Shown here piece after piece: positions 1 through 14,289 of a DNA stretch of 64,000 nt. Position 1 is the stretch's first letter. Every line of letters starts with the position of its first letter. The stretch is from Octopus vulgaris (lineage: Eukaryota), in assembly GCA_951406725.2 (NCBI GenBank), contig OX597840.1, positions 39,432,001 through 39,496,000 on the forward strand. Reading direction: 5' to 3'. The notes under the pieces are model-generated. The model was not told where the DNA came from. It saw only the letters and a list, made by a program, of their open reading frames with translations, and did no database searches. Position numbers and translations under genes: made by a program.

Positions 1-325
1 TCTGCGATCACATCATCCCTAACATCTGGCCACCTTACTCTCCAGGCTGAAACTTCCTTGATTATGATGCGTGCAACGTAGTTGAGTGACAGATCAACAA
101 ATCTCCTTGTGACACCAAATGAGAAGTGAAGGCTAGGAATATGGCAGCATTCACCAAATTAAACAAGAAACCCGTGCAGGAGCGTTTCAGGTAATTTTAA
201 AAACGTCTGGAGGTCGTGGTTGAAGTCAATGGCAATTTTCCTCGAATAGATTTACTCTCTAGTATTTCAAGTTATTTTCACTTTTGCTTACTTTAGACTA
301 CAGTTTATTCAGCGAGCTTCTGTGT
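1..325 (+). mobile_element. Tc1/mariner (maT/DD37D-like) transposase C-terminus pseudogene plus 3' TIR
   Basis: Frame from nt 3 reads CDHIIPNIWPPYSPG*NFLDY...KARNMAAFTKLNK...RLEVVVEVNGNF (degenerate WPPNSPDLNPLDY motif) with several stops. Its end (tttagactacagtttattcagcgagcttctgtgta) matches the end of the copy at 47507-47995. Confidence 0.85.
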
Positions 326-362
326 ATACACACACACACACACTCACACATTTATATACATA

Positions 363-426
<64 letters not shown>

Positions 427-933
427 TATAAGTGTATATAAAATAATAATTATTTTTATATTCAAAAAGCACACAAAAACCGTTAGATTGACTTCAAAAT
501 ACACATGCGTACATACTCTCATACGTACATACATATTCATACATATATATATATGGGCAGTTGTCTGTTCGTCTTCGCTACGTAAGGTTGGTAGTTTATT
601 TATGATGTGTTCAGAATCAGTTCTGCTGAGGATCATAAGACGTAAGTTGAATGTGAAATCACGGTGATACAGAACTAAATTCATTTTTTAAATGTCTTGC
701 TTTGAAAAACTGCATTTAGGTATGATTAGTATAATTTTGGTAGTAATGACTTTGTCCCTCTTAGTGTGAGGCATTTATGTGTAATAATGCCCTCTATACA
801 ATATAGATATAATTAATTTGTTCAAAAGAAAAAAATAATTTTCGAATTCTTTTCTTTTATGAGGTTTTCACGCTAACTACCCGATAATTTCTTGTTAAGA
901 TCCCTTATTAAGAGGTTATCCTTAATTGTTAAA

Positions 934-969
<36 letters not shown>

Positions 970-971
<2 letters not shown>

Positions 972-1110
972 CTCACTGTTACTTTCTCAGATGCAGCACA
1001 GACATTTGTCAGTGAATACGTTGAGGTTTCAAAGTGACGAAAATATTTTGACAAATTAAATTAACATGTTGAAGTGAATCTAACGGGTTCTGTGTGTTTT
1101 TTTAAATTAT
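970..1110 (+). mobile_element. Penelope-like 3' end/pLTR fragment with variant hammerhead (1005-1055)
   Basis: Homologous to 33490-33640(-). Reads tttgtca GTGAATA ... GAAA ATATTT tgacaaa and starts at a (TA)n run. Confidence 0.65.
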
Positions 1111-1699
1111 ATCAAAGAGCACACGCATTAATGAATATATCAGGGATGTTCTTACTAAGTTCAGTGAAGCTCATTGATGGCAAATCTTGTTTATAACCTG
1201 TCAGTCATTCAGCCTTATCGAAGTACAGCTAGACATATATTACTGAAGAGAACTGGTTTTGTTATGGCTTCACCAAATAGGAGTTAAACTATTATATATC
1301 AGCCAAATCTCGAGAATCTGTGCCACACACACACACACTTATTTTACTTTCTATGTTCTTCTACTAAACATTTGCTCCGAAGTTAATTCCATTGTATATT
1401 ACACAGAGATGTATATATATTGAAATTATATGAAGCCAGAGTGAAGAACCAGATGTAGATGTTTTAAAACAACTTACAGATGCTTCAAGTTAAAAGTTCC
1501 GCATACAGGATGCGAGCAAGTTTTGGGGGTCCTCAGAAGACAATGCGTGCCGTTTCGGGACCTACCTCACGACGGCATCATTGTGCACCGGCCCTCCTAA
1601 CTGCAATAAGGACTCGCTTGCTAAATTAGCTGGTTGTTAAGTTTTCGATCAATACGCTTCTAGCCATTGATCATGGTCTCTTTTTAAGCAAATATAGCT

Positions 1700-1930
1700 A
1701 AAAATAATCTTTTCTACTCGAGGAAGAAGGACTGACATTTTTGAAGAGGTAGAGTAATCGATTTTACCGTTGCGAGTACTTGATTGGCACTGATTCTTTT
1801 TTTTTTACATGGAAATGATGAAAGGTAAATCCGACGTCGGGGGAATTTGAACCCAGAACGTAAAGCCGGAAGAAATGCCATTAAACAATTTCTCCGATGT
1901 ATCTCTCGATACTGTCAGCTCACTTCCTAA
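1700..1930 (-). mobile_element. SINE family B, degenerate
   Basis: gatgaaaggtaaatccgacgtcgggggaatttgaacccagaacgtaaag is the reverse complement of the family B B-box/central domain (see 12445-12675). Confidence 0.7.
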
Positions 1931-2540
1931 ATAAAGCTACCACTATACAGTACGAAGATATTGGTTTAAAAAGAATTTTGGTTTGAAAAAATGTCGAAGG
2001 CTTCCGGCGTAATTAAATTTGAATCCAGAACCCTTTGCTTTTCGGTTGATATTTTCATCTTTATGAGGTTTCAACTCAAGTTTGTCTGTTCGGAAAGATT
2101 TTTTGCAACTACAAGTATTGATTCCATTTTCAAAGAGAAGAGACGTTCACACTTGATATGAGAAAGCTCATTTTTCGCATAAAAACAGCTAAGATGTCAG
2201 AATTATGTAGAATTTAGAAGTTTATTAAATTTAATATTTTACACAACATATTATTAAATTCCTGTAATACACACAACGTTTACTATAAATAATCTAATTC
2301 CAGTGCAAAAACATTATTGATACACTTATATACTTCCTCTTTCAATACAGACACAAACTTGCACGAATATACTGCAATTTATTGTGGGAGTAGAAAGACG
2401 TATTCAGATTAATACGAGTGCTTTAAAATCCATGTACAACCATATTAAGGGATATTTCTAGTTACTTTCGTTTTATGCAGACATGTAGACCCCAGACTGG
2501 CCAATGCATTCAGAACGAATTTTGTAGACATAATGAATTG

Positions 2541-2579
<39 letters not shown>

Positions 2580-2675
2580 TTATATTAATTATATATATTT
2601 TTATGTTTTGGTTTATGTTTCTCACTGTGTGATTTGCCTAATAGTGGTTTTATCTGTAATTTAATTTATATATAT

Positions 2676-2885
2676 AGGTGCAGGAGTGGCTGTGTGCTAA
2701 GTAGCTTACTTTCCAACCACATGGTTCGAGTTCAGTCCCACTGCGTGGCACCTTGGGCGAAAGTAACCGCTAGAATAAATACTAGGCTTACAAAGAATAA
2801 GACCTGCGGTCGGTTTGCTCCACTAAAAGCGGTGCTCCAGCATGACCACGGTCAAATAACTAAAACAAATAAAAGAGTAAAAGAG
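2676..2885 (+). mobile_element. SINE family A with internal deletion
   Basis: tRNA-like head (ggagtggctgtgtgctaag...gttcagtccc) joined directly to the 3' domain and the gtaaaaga tail. Confidence 0.85.
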
Positions 2886-2975
<90 letters not shown>

Positions 2976-3099
2976 AATATAATCTATTTATTGGTTAAGG
3001 CTACCATTGGTGTTATGTTATGCGAGAAATCCCTTAACAATTATCAACCTCACTGCATGGAATATTGGTGTTCGTCCCTACCTTCAATTAAATAAGAAT

Positions 3100-3470
3100 A
3101 ATATCACGCAAGGGATTCCTTTCTCGACATGAAAAATATTTGTAGGCTTCACCCATATAGGAGTTGTATTCACCATACATGACAAACATATGAGCGCGCG
3201 ACATTGTGATCTCGTATCAAGACAAATAGCACATGACCTTCCACGTGAAGCTTTTTTCAATGATGCTGAACGAAACACCCATACTTCCAGGCTTGAATAG
3301 TTCAAGATCCAAAGAATTCCTCTCAAAACATGGCTATGATGCTTCCCCACTACTTCTGCTCGTGGGCACATTTGCAGATATCATCAGCCACTACGGGACA
3401 TGTTCAACTTGTTAACGTCAAACAACTGACAAACAAATCTAAATATTGAGCAGAATATTTGCTGTATCCC
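3100..3470 (-). mobile_element. Interspersed repeat family G, (AAT)n-associated, partial
   Basis: Reverse complement aligns with about 17045-17400 (cagcaaatattctgctcaata, catcatagccatg, ggtcatgtgct.tttgtcttgata). Confidence 0.8.
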
Positions 3471-3999
3471 TATTATTATTGTTCTTGTTGTTGTTGTGAT
3501 TATTTAGCAGAAGCAACTACGTTACTCAAGGGCTGAGAGTTTGGTACGTCAAATACCAATGCACGAATGTCTCAGCCATTCAGCCACTCCGATGCTTCCA
3601 CTAAATATTAATGAAAATATACATATACTCATATTTTGAGCTCATTTTTCCTGTTTCAATCACCATATTTATATCTATAAATATCTATCTATCTATCTAA
3701 ATATATATCTTATAATTAAGGGCTAAAGAAGGTTATTCTAAAGCCAATACACTGATTTATCCACTTATAATCCATATGTTACAGGAAAATTGAACTGAAA
3801 GCGGGCAACTAATCTTTAGAAAATTTAAATTTCGTTATCTCTATATTGAATCAATTTCGGAATTAATCCCTATAAAGGATACATTCTTCTTCAGTAGAGC
3901 TTACGAGGGGATATAAATAAAATACTCACATGTGATCGTGGAAAAAGCAGAAGCTAAAAACACAACTACATTTAAGTACATCATTTATAACTAAAAATA

Positions 4000-4044
<45 letters not shown>

Positions 4045-4739
4045 CACACAAGTACCTAATGTACAACCGTATCGATAAATAAATTACATTAGTAAATTAC
4101 AACCTCACCTAAATACGTAACTAAATAAGTAACAGCGAAAACTCTATCAAGCCATAATCCTTACTGTCTTCCGTAGTGTCAGATAAAACTAAAGCTTAAT
4201 AACCACATAATTTCAATCATTCGATATATAAAATATTAAACCTTAGTGAAACAACAAGAGACATTTAAACCAATTTACATTGTATCTGTATTGATAGTTA
4301 ACTACAATAACTAAATTCTATGCTAAATTGTGATCAATCTTTAAGTCCATATAAATAATAACCCTAGCAGTCTTCCATAGATACTACTATAATGAAAGTT
4401 CAAATCTTATAATATTTTTTTCAAAGCAAAACACGATTGAAATTAAGTTAACTAATATTTTATGAGTTGATAAATTTAACTAAGATTTTTCTGATTCAGA
4501 AGTTGATAATAAAACACTACATACGCCTTAATATATCACCACTAAAACTTATTATATTAACTTACCAGTGACTAATATACACTTACCATTTCATTAAATA
4601 GGCACTAATAAATGTAATTGTAATAGACTAATATAAATCTTGCTATGTTTAAAACTAATAAATCTGTTTAAAAGACAATAAAACTGCAAGTATTAACATT
4701 TGCATGTTTACTCAGACGCGCGGATTCCTCACCAAGAAT

Positions 4740-5720
4740 TTATACATAAGTCGGAAGATGATATATACAATGTTGTTTCTTTTTATTAATAATCACGACA
4801 ATTGTTTCGATACATCTAGCATCGATCCCTCACGGGTGTGACATTAATAACTGGTTCAGTAGCATCCAGTGGATCAGATGTGACTCATCGGGTGGTGCAC
4901 AGATACAACACGCCAAAATTACAGTTCCGAAATGTATCTTCTAGTTTCGTAAAAGAAGCAAAAACGAAGGAAATGTCTTCATTTCTATAGAAGGTCAAAA
5001 ATAAAATCATTGATGCAAAAAGGAAACGAACACACAATACAGCAAGAAAAAGTATTAAAAATAACTATTAACAGATATGGATGTACAATCGCCCTCGCGA
5101 AATCTGCAAGATGTCTGCCAGCTGCTCACACAAGCATTCGCGGAAATGCAAGCACACCCCCACGTGTGGCCCGGTGCACCCGCGATTTTAAAGCGAGTCA
5201 AACAGCCACTTGTTGCGCACAAGGATGAGGAGCTAAACTGAATTCATCCATACCTTAAAGCAAACTATGTCAACAGTTACTCAAACTCAATCCCACCTCA
5301 CTGAGCGAAAATACATTTATTTGTGTGCAGGCATTTTGAAAGTTCTTCAGAAATTCTATTAATGATGTTCTCATTGATCTACAGAGTTGACAGGAAATCA
5401 TCGGAGCAGAGTCGTCATCTCCTGAAAATGATATTGTACGGTTCTGCGTACCTTACAACGGACCAAGTTATAGTGTACCTAACTTTATCTACTTTCACTC
5501 GCCATAAAAAATCAGCAAAAGATGTTGAGCGCTTATTAGTATTTCTCTTAAAGCTGGTGACATCAGTGCAATAACTATTCATAGATGAATCAGCCGCCTG
5601 ACCAATGTAAGAATATGGTCTCCATTTGTATGCACTTTACATTTATATAAAAGATTTGTACTCATGCAGAGGTTCTTCAATGGGCATTTTCAGCATTTTC
5701 ATTTTTCTCTGCATGCGCAT
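4740..5720 (-). mobile_element. Penelope-like element 3' portion: GIY-YIG endonuclease pseudogene (5298-5715) plus 3' UTR with hammerhead
   Basis: Minus strand reads CACRE..CPLKNLCMSTNLLYKCKVH / SYIGQ...SFKRNTNKRSTSFADFLWRVK..YTITWSVVRYAEPYN...RLC...INRISEELSKCLHTNK*, the typical PLE C-terminus, with a frameshift and stops. Confidence 0.85.
4794..4894 (-). ncRNA. Hammerhead ribozyme motif with long stem II
   Basis: cac CCGATGA gtcacatct...agatgtatc GAAA CAATTG TC gtg: stem I cac/gtg, palindromic stem III, GUC cleavage triplet. Confidence 0.65.
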
Positions 5721-6153
5721 TTATCATATTTATTTGTATATGTATGGTAGGTCTGACTTCGTTTTTTGACGTTTTACCGTGTTAGCTATATCAAAACATT
5801 TCTATTACAATTTGGCCGCAATTGGTGCTTTTCATCCGAGTTTACATCACTTTCGTTGGTATTTCGATGCGTGTGTTCGCTAGATCGACTAGATGGTTCA
5901 TTGAACAGTTAACTTATTTTGCGATTGTTTATGTGGTGCATCAGCTGGACTGAATTATATATATATATATGTGTGTGTGTGTGTAAGGATAGATAGATAA
6001 ATATGTATGTGTGTTGGTAGCTACTACGCCTTTCTACCCATCTACCAAACTATGTAGATAGAGCGTATACATTGCTGTGTATATGTATATGTATGAGTAT
6101 ATATATAATATATATACATATATATATATATGTATATATATATGTATGTATAA

Positions 6154-6184
<31 letters not shown>

Positions 6185-6635
6185 CATATATATGAATGTA
6201 TATATGGAAGTATATATTGTTATATATATATCTTTATATATATATATATATATATATTGCATGTATAGATACGTAAATGCATTCATATTCATGCACTTAG
6301 AAGTATATGTATATAAATTCATGAATACAAACATACGGCGGTGTATATACACATAAATACATCCTAGTACACATATATGTGACTATTATTACGTGCATGT
6401 ATGTAGACATAAGTACACACATGCGTAGAAACTTCTCCACATACACATATGCACATGTATACCTGCAAAACATCACCTATATATAAATAAGTAAATAAAT
6501 AAATATATATATACATAAATATATATATATATGCATATGTATATATATTTATATATATCCACATATATATACATGCATATATATGTGTATGTATATGTAT
6601 ATATCTATGTAAGTACACATATATATGTATATATT

Positions 6636-6722
<87 letters not shown>

Positions 6723-7143
6723 ATATATGCATACACCAACATGTAAATATACGCATCTAGAAAAAAACAAAAGAATAACAATGCGTAACGCGAGAGAAAA
6801 TAATTTCTCCGGCTCGAAGATAAACAGATGAGTTTTTGTTTAGGATAGAAGCGGCATTGATGTAGGAGAATTTAATACGTTTGAAATCAAACAGAGTACT
6901 AGAAAACGGTTATGAGAACGCTTCCAAGTTATTTACCAATATCGAGGCAAGAAACTTAACAGATGCAACAGTTCGGATCTGGTTCTCTTTGATGCCAATT
7001 GGACTCGAGATTATTCATGGCCATTTTTTTTTTAAGGTATTAAGCGCTTCTGCGGCTAACTTAATTTTATTTTACTGAAATGTGGTTTTGACGTACGTAT
7101 ACAACCACGAACCTACACAGTCCTATATATGTATTAGAGATAA

Positions 7144-7174
<31 letters not shown>

Positions 7175-7203
7175 CATGTACTTATGTACTTGTGAAAAAG
7201 TAA

Positions 7204-7251
<48 letters not shown>

Positions 7252-7586
7252 TCATACCTGCATATATACATACATAAAGATATATATATATATATACATT
7301 TATGCATAAACATATATATATAAATGTACCTGTGGGTCTGTGCATCTAGCTAGGAAAATACATAGACATATATGTACATGTATGTATGTATAGATATATA
7401 TACATATATATACATATACATATATATATATATTTATATATGTGTATATACTTACATAGACACACAAACACACACATAACATTATATATATATACTTGCA
7501 AGTCCGTATAAGTCAATCTATTCATATTAATGCATTCATATCTATAAATATTCATGTATATATTCCATAACAGAAATATACGTATA

Positions 7587-7634
<48 letters not shown>

Positions 7635-8079
7635 ATGCGTACATGTATAGATGTTTCATTTCATTAACACACACACATACACATACACACACACAGAAGC
7701 ACACACACATTCACTCATTCAAATACACACATGTATATCTCATGTTTGTATAGAATTTCCAATGTAAGCGTGAACGTATATATTTTTTATACGTAGGTAT
7801 GTGCATTAGTGTTTACGTTTGTCTGTAGTGTGTTTATACGAGAATGTGTGTATATGGTAGTGTGTGTGTGTCTGAGGAAATTAAGAGAATCAAAAGCATA
7901 TATAAAATTCTCTCACATATTTATAAGACCTCCATACAATGGTTCTATGTGTGCCTATCAGACCCAAAAGAGATAAACCGAATTTATGATCCCTGAAGCG
8001 TAGGCTTTCGTTTGATTTCCAAGCAGTAAGCACCTTAGCCATTGGGAGGCAATGATTTGCGACTTCAAAAATGAAAATA

Positions 8080-8158
<79 letters not shown>

Positions 8159-8296
8159 TATTGATAGCAATATTGAATTCACAGAAATGGACATAAACGG
8201 AAACGTAGATATATATTTCGTTGCCTCAAACAGATATATTAAACAATAATAGCATGTATATATATGTTTGCGTTATAATACAACTATACATATGTA

Positions 8297-8341
<45 letters not shown>

Positions 8342-8493
8342 TTTATATGCGTATATGTATGAATATATATAAATAAATATATATATATATGAATATATAT
8401 ATATATATACATATATACATATGTATTTATAAGCATATGTACAGATATATGTATGTATATATATCTATATTCCTGTATATATGCTTATATATA

Positions 8494-8537
<44 letters not shown>

Positions 8538-8723
8538 TATATATATATGCATATGCATATATGTACACTAATATGTGTATAGATAAGTAAATATAAATAT
8601 TTATATAAGCATATATTGTTATAAATGTGCATATATGTATGTGTATATGTATGCTTGTAAATATTTATATGTTTGCGTTAGAATACAACTATACATATGT
8701 ATGCAAATATATACATATACAAG

Positions 8724-8777
<54 letters not shown>

Positions 8778-8965
8778 TGAAATACATGTATAGAAAACTA
8801 AATACATATATTTATATATGCATATACAGTTATAAATGTGCATTTATATATGTATGTATACATATGCACATATACACACACACATATATACATTGGTATA
8901 AATTACGTTTTCACAATATATGAACATACAAATATACATATATATGCATATTATATGTGTGTGTG

Positions 8966-9051
<86 letters not shown>

Positions 9052-9283
9052 AGCGCGTACATGTGTATGTCTGTGCATGCGTTTATATTAATATGTGTGT
9101 GCACATTTGTGATTGTAGGCGTCTGGGTGTGTGTGTGATTTCACAATCAAAACCGAAAGCGGAATCAATGGAAGAGTTTGAGATTATATGTCTATTTGAA
9201 GCTCGATATTGGTGAGGTACAACTGAAAGCTTCAGGCTCGGATGCTTTCTCAAGCAGACTAATAATCACACACACACACACAC

Positions 9284-9358
<75 letters not shown>

Positions 9359-10050
9359 CATGTATGTTGATATGTACATATATATATATATACATTGATA
9401 TATACATATGTATATATACATATATATATACATATATATATATGTAAATATATATGTACCTATATATATATATACATTTATATATACATATGTATACATA
9501 TATAGACATATATATAAGTACTTATATATATACATATATATATGTACATTTATATATATACATATACATTTATATATACATATATATACATATGTATATA
9601 TATATATACATATATATATATATACATATATACACATGTATATACATATATATACATATATATATATATATATACATATATACATATATATATACATATA
9701 TACATATATATATACATACATATATATACTTATACATATATATATAATATAGATATATATACATATATTTATATACACACGCACACACACACGTATATGT
9801 ATTATGTACATATGTCCATATGTGTCTATGTATGCGTGTATCGTAAAGTACGTTTTGCATTGATCGATCACTATGTGAAATTGCAGTTTTAAGCGACGTG
9901 TGGTCCTCTCCTCATATACAACTCAGACAGAATTCACTGGACGTTTGGTGATTAGATCCGACTGCGTCGATGGTATGACATGGTGTCACGAATGACTGCA
10001 TTTCAAAGATGACTTTCTCGATGGCAGCAGTGTAGAGAACCATATTGGGA

Positions 10051-10165
<115 letters not shown>

Positions 10166-10514
10166 TTGTTTAAAAGCATACTCGTAGTTCCTCGACCACA
10201 TCGTCTGTAGGATGATCGGAGGAAAGAAAGAACGGAAGGTAGTGTCTCTCATAGATATATATTCATTCTCATATTCGGATATATAATAGTCGTCGCTGGC
10301 AATTGCTAAACCGTGGATAGATTGATGGAGTGTTAAAAGCGGAATTTAGAGAGAGTGGAAGGGTGGCGCAAAGTGGAAATACAAAAGGCAATTCCCGCCT
10401 ATGTGCCGTAGGTTTGGGCCTGGAAAATGAACAGTGTAGGCAAGAGGAATGAGGGGCAATGAAGGAAAAGGGACGGGAAAAGAGAAAGATAGACAAATAG
10501 ATAGATAGCTAAAC

Positions 10515-10562
<48 letters not shown>

Positions 10563-10564
10563 CT

Positions 10565-10733
10565 ATGTTTCTTTATTAGCCACACAGGGCTGCTCACAGA
10601 CAGGACAAAATTACAAGGTAGAGCTTTTCTTTTGGGGGTAAAAAGAAGGGGGCTTGGTTTTCGATCAAAAGGGATCGTAAATGGAAAGAAAGGGGACAAA
10701 AAAGGGGGGTATAAAATAAAATTTTTAAAAAAG
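10565..10733 (-). mobile_element. Tx1/L1-like LINE 3' UTR stub in (GATA)n
   Basis: Matches the 3' end of 48252-49345; GATA repeats on both sides. Confidence 0.85.
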
Positions 10734-10769
10734 TAGATAAATAGATAGATAGATAGAAAGATAGATGAT

Positions 10770-10892
<123 letters not shown>

Positions 10893-10901
10893 GAGATAGA
10901 G

Positions 10902-10957
<56 letters not shown>

Positions 10958-10958
<1 letters not shown>

Positions 10959-11136
10959 TGTTTCTTTATTAGCCACACAGGGCTGCACACAGACAGGTAA
11001 AAAAAGGGGGTTTGGTTTTCGATTTAAAGGGATCGTAAAGGGAGAGAAAGATGACAAAAAAGGGGGGGAATAAAATTTTTAAAAAAGGGGGGGAATAAAT
11101 CTTTTTAAAAACTGGTGGAGGGAATTAAAAAAAAAA
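10958..11136 (-). mobile_element. Tx1/L1-like LINE 3' UTR stub in (GATA)n
   Basis: atgtttctttattagccacacagggctgcacacaga is identical to the start of 48252; GATA flanks. Confidence 0.85.
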
Positions 11137-11384
11137 GATAGATACAAGTATACATACATATATATATTGATGGATAGTAAGGAAACTAGAAACACAGAGA
11201 GAAAGAAAAAAGAAAAAAAGAAAGAAAGAAAGAAAGAAAGAAAGAAAATGGATGAAAGACAGGAATACTTAAACTAAGAGGGAGGAAACCTGGAGAAGGA
11301 GATCGGAAAGGAAGTAGAAACGGGAGTTTTAAAGGGATTCATTGTACTCACACAACCATACAAATCACTCCACACATACACACA

Positions 11385-11706
11385 CACACATATATGCATA
11401 TACACATAGACACACGTGCCTATATATACATATACACATACACACACGTGCCTATATATACATATACGCATACACACACGTGCCTATATATACATATACA
11501 CATGTACACACGTGCCTATATATACATATACACAAGTACACACGTGCTTATATATATATACACATACACACACGCGCCTATATATACATATACACATAGA
11601 CACACGTGCCTATATATACATATACACATACACACACGTGCCTATATATACATATACACATACACACACGTGCTTATATATACATATACACATGTACACA
11701 CATGCC

Positions 11707-11710
<4 letters not shown>
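11385..11710. repeat. Minisatellite, about 32-bp unit (cacacgtgcctatatatacatatacacataca), about 10 copies
   Basis: cacgtgcctatatatacata recurs at a regular ~32-bp period. Confidence 0.85.
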
Positions 11711-11738
<28 letters not shown>

Positions 11739-12229
11739 TATACATACATTCACATAAACATATATATACGTGTGTGTATGAGCGTATGCCTATGCGTGTG
11801 TGTGCGTGTGCCTCTATCTGTGTGTGTGTGTGTGTGTGTGTGTGTCTGTATAGTATCGGTTCTAAGCATCACGTTACCCTAGCAACTGTATATATTTCGC
11901 GTTCCTTCAAACGATCTCTCTGTCGAAGCCCAACTTTAAACTAAACTGATTTAATCAAAGAGGTTATTGAACCTTTTCTCACTGAAACAAGCATAGCACT
12001 TGATGTTGCAATCACATCATTGAATAGCCACAAGAAATAGAATCGCCTTCCTTCCTCGACCCCCACCACTCTCTTTCTTTCTTTTTCTCTCTCTCTCTCT
12101 CTCTCCATAGAAGACGTCGTACGAACTGTTCGGTTCTATAACTAAAGTTACACTATCATGTCCCTTTTACGATTCTTTGAACTAGGTTATCACTTTACCG
12201 GATTCTTATATATCCCTTATCTCTTTTAC

Positions 12230-12850
12230 ACTTTGCTTATTTCAGTCACTAAGTCACGACCATGCTGGAGCACCTCCTTCAAGGGTTTCGTCGAATAACC
12301 TCGCCTCCACCACTTCTTTAAAATCTGATACATATTCATTCATAATCTTTTCCATACCCGCTAATTTACGAAGACGTAGACAAACCAACACCGATTGGAC
12401 AACAAAGACAAAGACACACGCCCACACATTCATATATGTATATAAGGCGGTGAGCTGGCAGAATCGTTAGCACGCCGGGTGAAATGCGTGGCCGTATTTC
12501 GTCTGCCGTTACGTTCTGAGTTCAAATTCCGCCGAGGTTGACTTTGCCTTTCATCATTTTGGGGTCAATAAATCAAGTACCACTTTCGTACTGGGGTCGA
12601 TGTAATCGACTTAATCTGTTTGTCTGTCCTTGTTTCTCCCCTCTATGTTTAGCCTCTTGTGGGCAATAAAGAAATGTATATGTATATATGCAACGGGTTT
12701 CCACACAGTTTCCGTCGACCAGATTCACTCACAAGATATTAGTCCTCTTAGTGTTACAGTTGAAGTCTCTTGACCAACGTGCCGATCAGTGCGACTGAAC
12801 CTGCAATCATGTGGTTGCAAAGCGACCATTTTAAACCAAAGAACCATCTT
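12230..12850 (-). mobile_element. SINE family A, old copy interrupted by a family B SINE
   Basis: Tail catgctggagcacc near 12260 and head remnant gactgaacc...catgtggttg near 12795-12820. Confidence 0.7.
12445..12675 (+). mobile_element. SINE family B, full length (tRNA-derived)
   Basis: A box (tggcagaatcg), B box (gagttcaaattcc), central gactttgcctttcatc..ggggtc.ataaa..agtacc domain, aataaagaaat tail; sits in the internal TA tract of a family A copy. Confidence 0.9.
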
Positions 12851-12919
12851 TGTGAATATTTAAAGTCCACATCTATGCAATGTAACAAATAAGGGACTTT
12901 CCCATGTTTCACTGTAAAT

Positions 12920-13220
12920 GAAGGAGGGTATCTTTGTGGTTAGGGGTATTCAGATCACCGACGTATGGTCGTGAGTTCCATTACAGGAAGCGCATTTTAA
13001 CCTTGAGCAGGACACTTTATTTCACGTTGCTCCAGTCCACTCAGCTAGACAAAATGAATTCTAGGAGCCTCCTCACATTCTGTATTATGCTTAATTTCCA
13101 TGAGAATTTCGTTAAGGGAATGCAGGTCTGTGAATTACACAGCAACTTGTATGTTAATTTCAAGAGAAGGCTGTTCCGTCTATCGGATCAACTGCAACCC
13201 GCATCGTCAAAGACATCGGA
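12920..13220 (+). mobile_element. Chimeric SINE (family E core plus family C tail)
   Basis: cttgagcaggacactttatttcacgttgctccagtccactcagct matches 43010-43055; gttaatttcaagagaaggctgttccgtctatcggatcaac matches 26700-26740. Confidence 0.7.
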
Positions 13221-14289
13221 ATACAAGTCAAACAAAGGAGAGTCACCATATCTTTTGCTGCCTTTTGTAAAAACTAAGATTCTTAATTCCGTCTTCTTTC
13301 GTTACATTCTTCTCCCTTATTTCATTTTCATTTGCGATCATTTTACAAAATTTACGCTGAACCATAATACAACAACCTGAATATCAACTCTAATCTCAAT
13401 CATAATATAATTACCTGTACCATTCACCTGTCGTTTATCCTCCTCAATAGATTCGGTCTTATCTCGGTTCTTTTTGTTTTTTACTCTAATTTTGCGCATT
13501 CTCCTTTTCCTATTCCTGTTATACGCCATCATAATGCATTATTCCCTCTTAAATGGAATGGTAATTTAGCAAGATTAATTTGTTCCAATTAGCACTAATC
13601 CGCATACAAGATAAACATCTCATATCAGGAGAACAGACAGAAAAGGTGCAACTCCATTCAGTGATAATTCCCTAACACCAATTAGAGGTACAAAGCAAAA
13701 ACGAATATTTTATCTGAAGGTCTATGACAGCAACCTTACACGATTCAGCTTGTGTCCTACTAGCAATGTTTTAATGAAGTGTCTTAATTAACTTATACTT
13801 CATTAGTTCATTAGTATTTCTAATTCGTTTTTTTTTTCTGTTCTGCTAACTTATATTACAATGTTGCATTCATTGAAATTTCAAATTGTCAACTTAATAT
13901 GTAAATGTATTACCCAGGGTGGCGTTAATACTTTCCGGGTAAGTTTCTAATTCTTGATGAATCATGCAGATAGTGTTACTTTATTTGATCAACAAATGTC
14001 AGCCCTGATAATGTAAAATTAGGTTTGCATAAAAGTTTATCCCAAAGACAGAATAATTTGGAGGAGATTCATACAATAAGAGCTCTCTTATTAACGAGAG
14101 AATGTGAGGTTAAGTTTGAAAAATGTTTACTATTTCTAGCATGTCATGAAACCACATAGAGGTATCAGCATTGGTTTGTTAACACTCTCCCGTGCTTTCG
14201 TGAACTGACTCTAGGATATAAGTAAGTAAAATGTAGATAAATTATTCAGGCAAAACATACGATGCAAGGCAAGAAATATATATACATCA

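Noticed and set aside
11385-11710. CRISPR-like regular repeats (also 22032-23060 and 29815-29918)
   Set aside because: Units are contiguous or separated by microsatellite, with no unique spacers and no cas genes, in a eukaryotic context.
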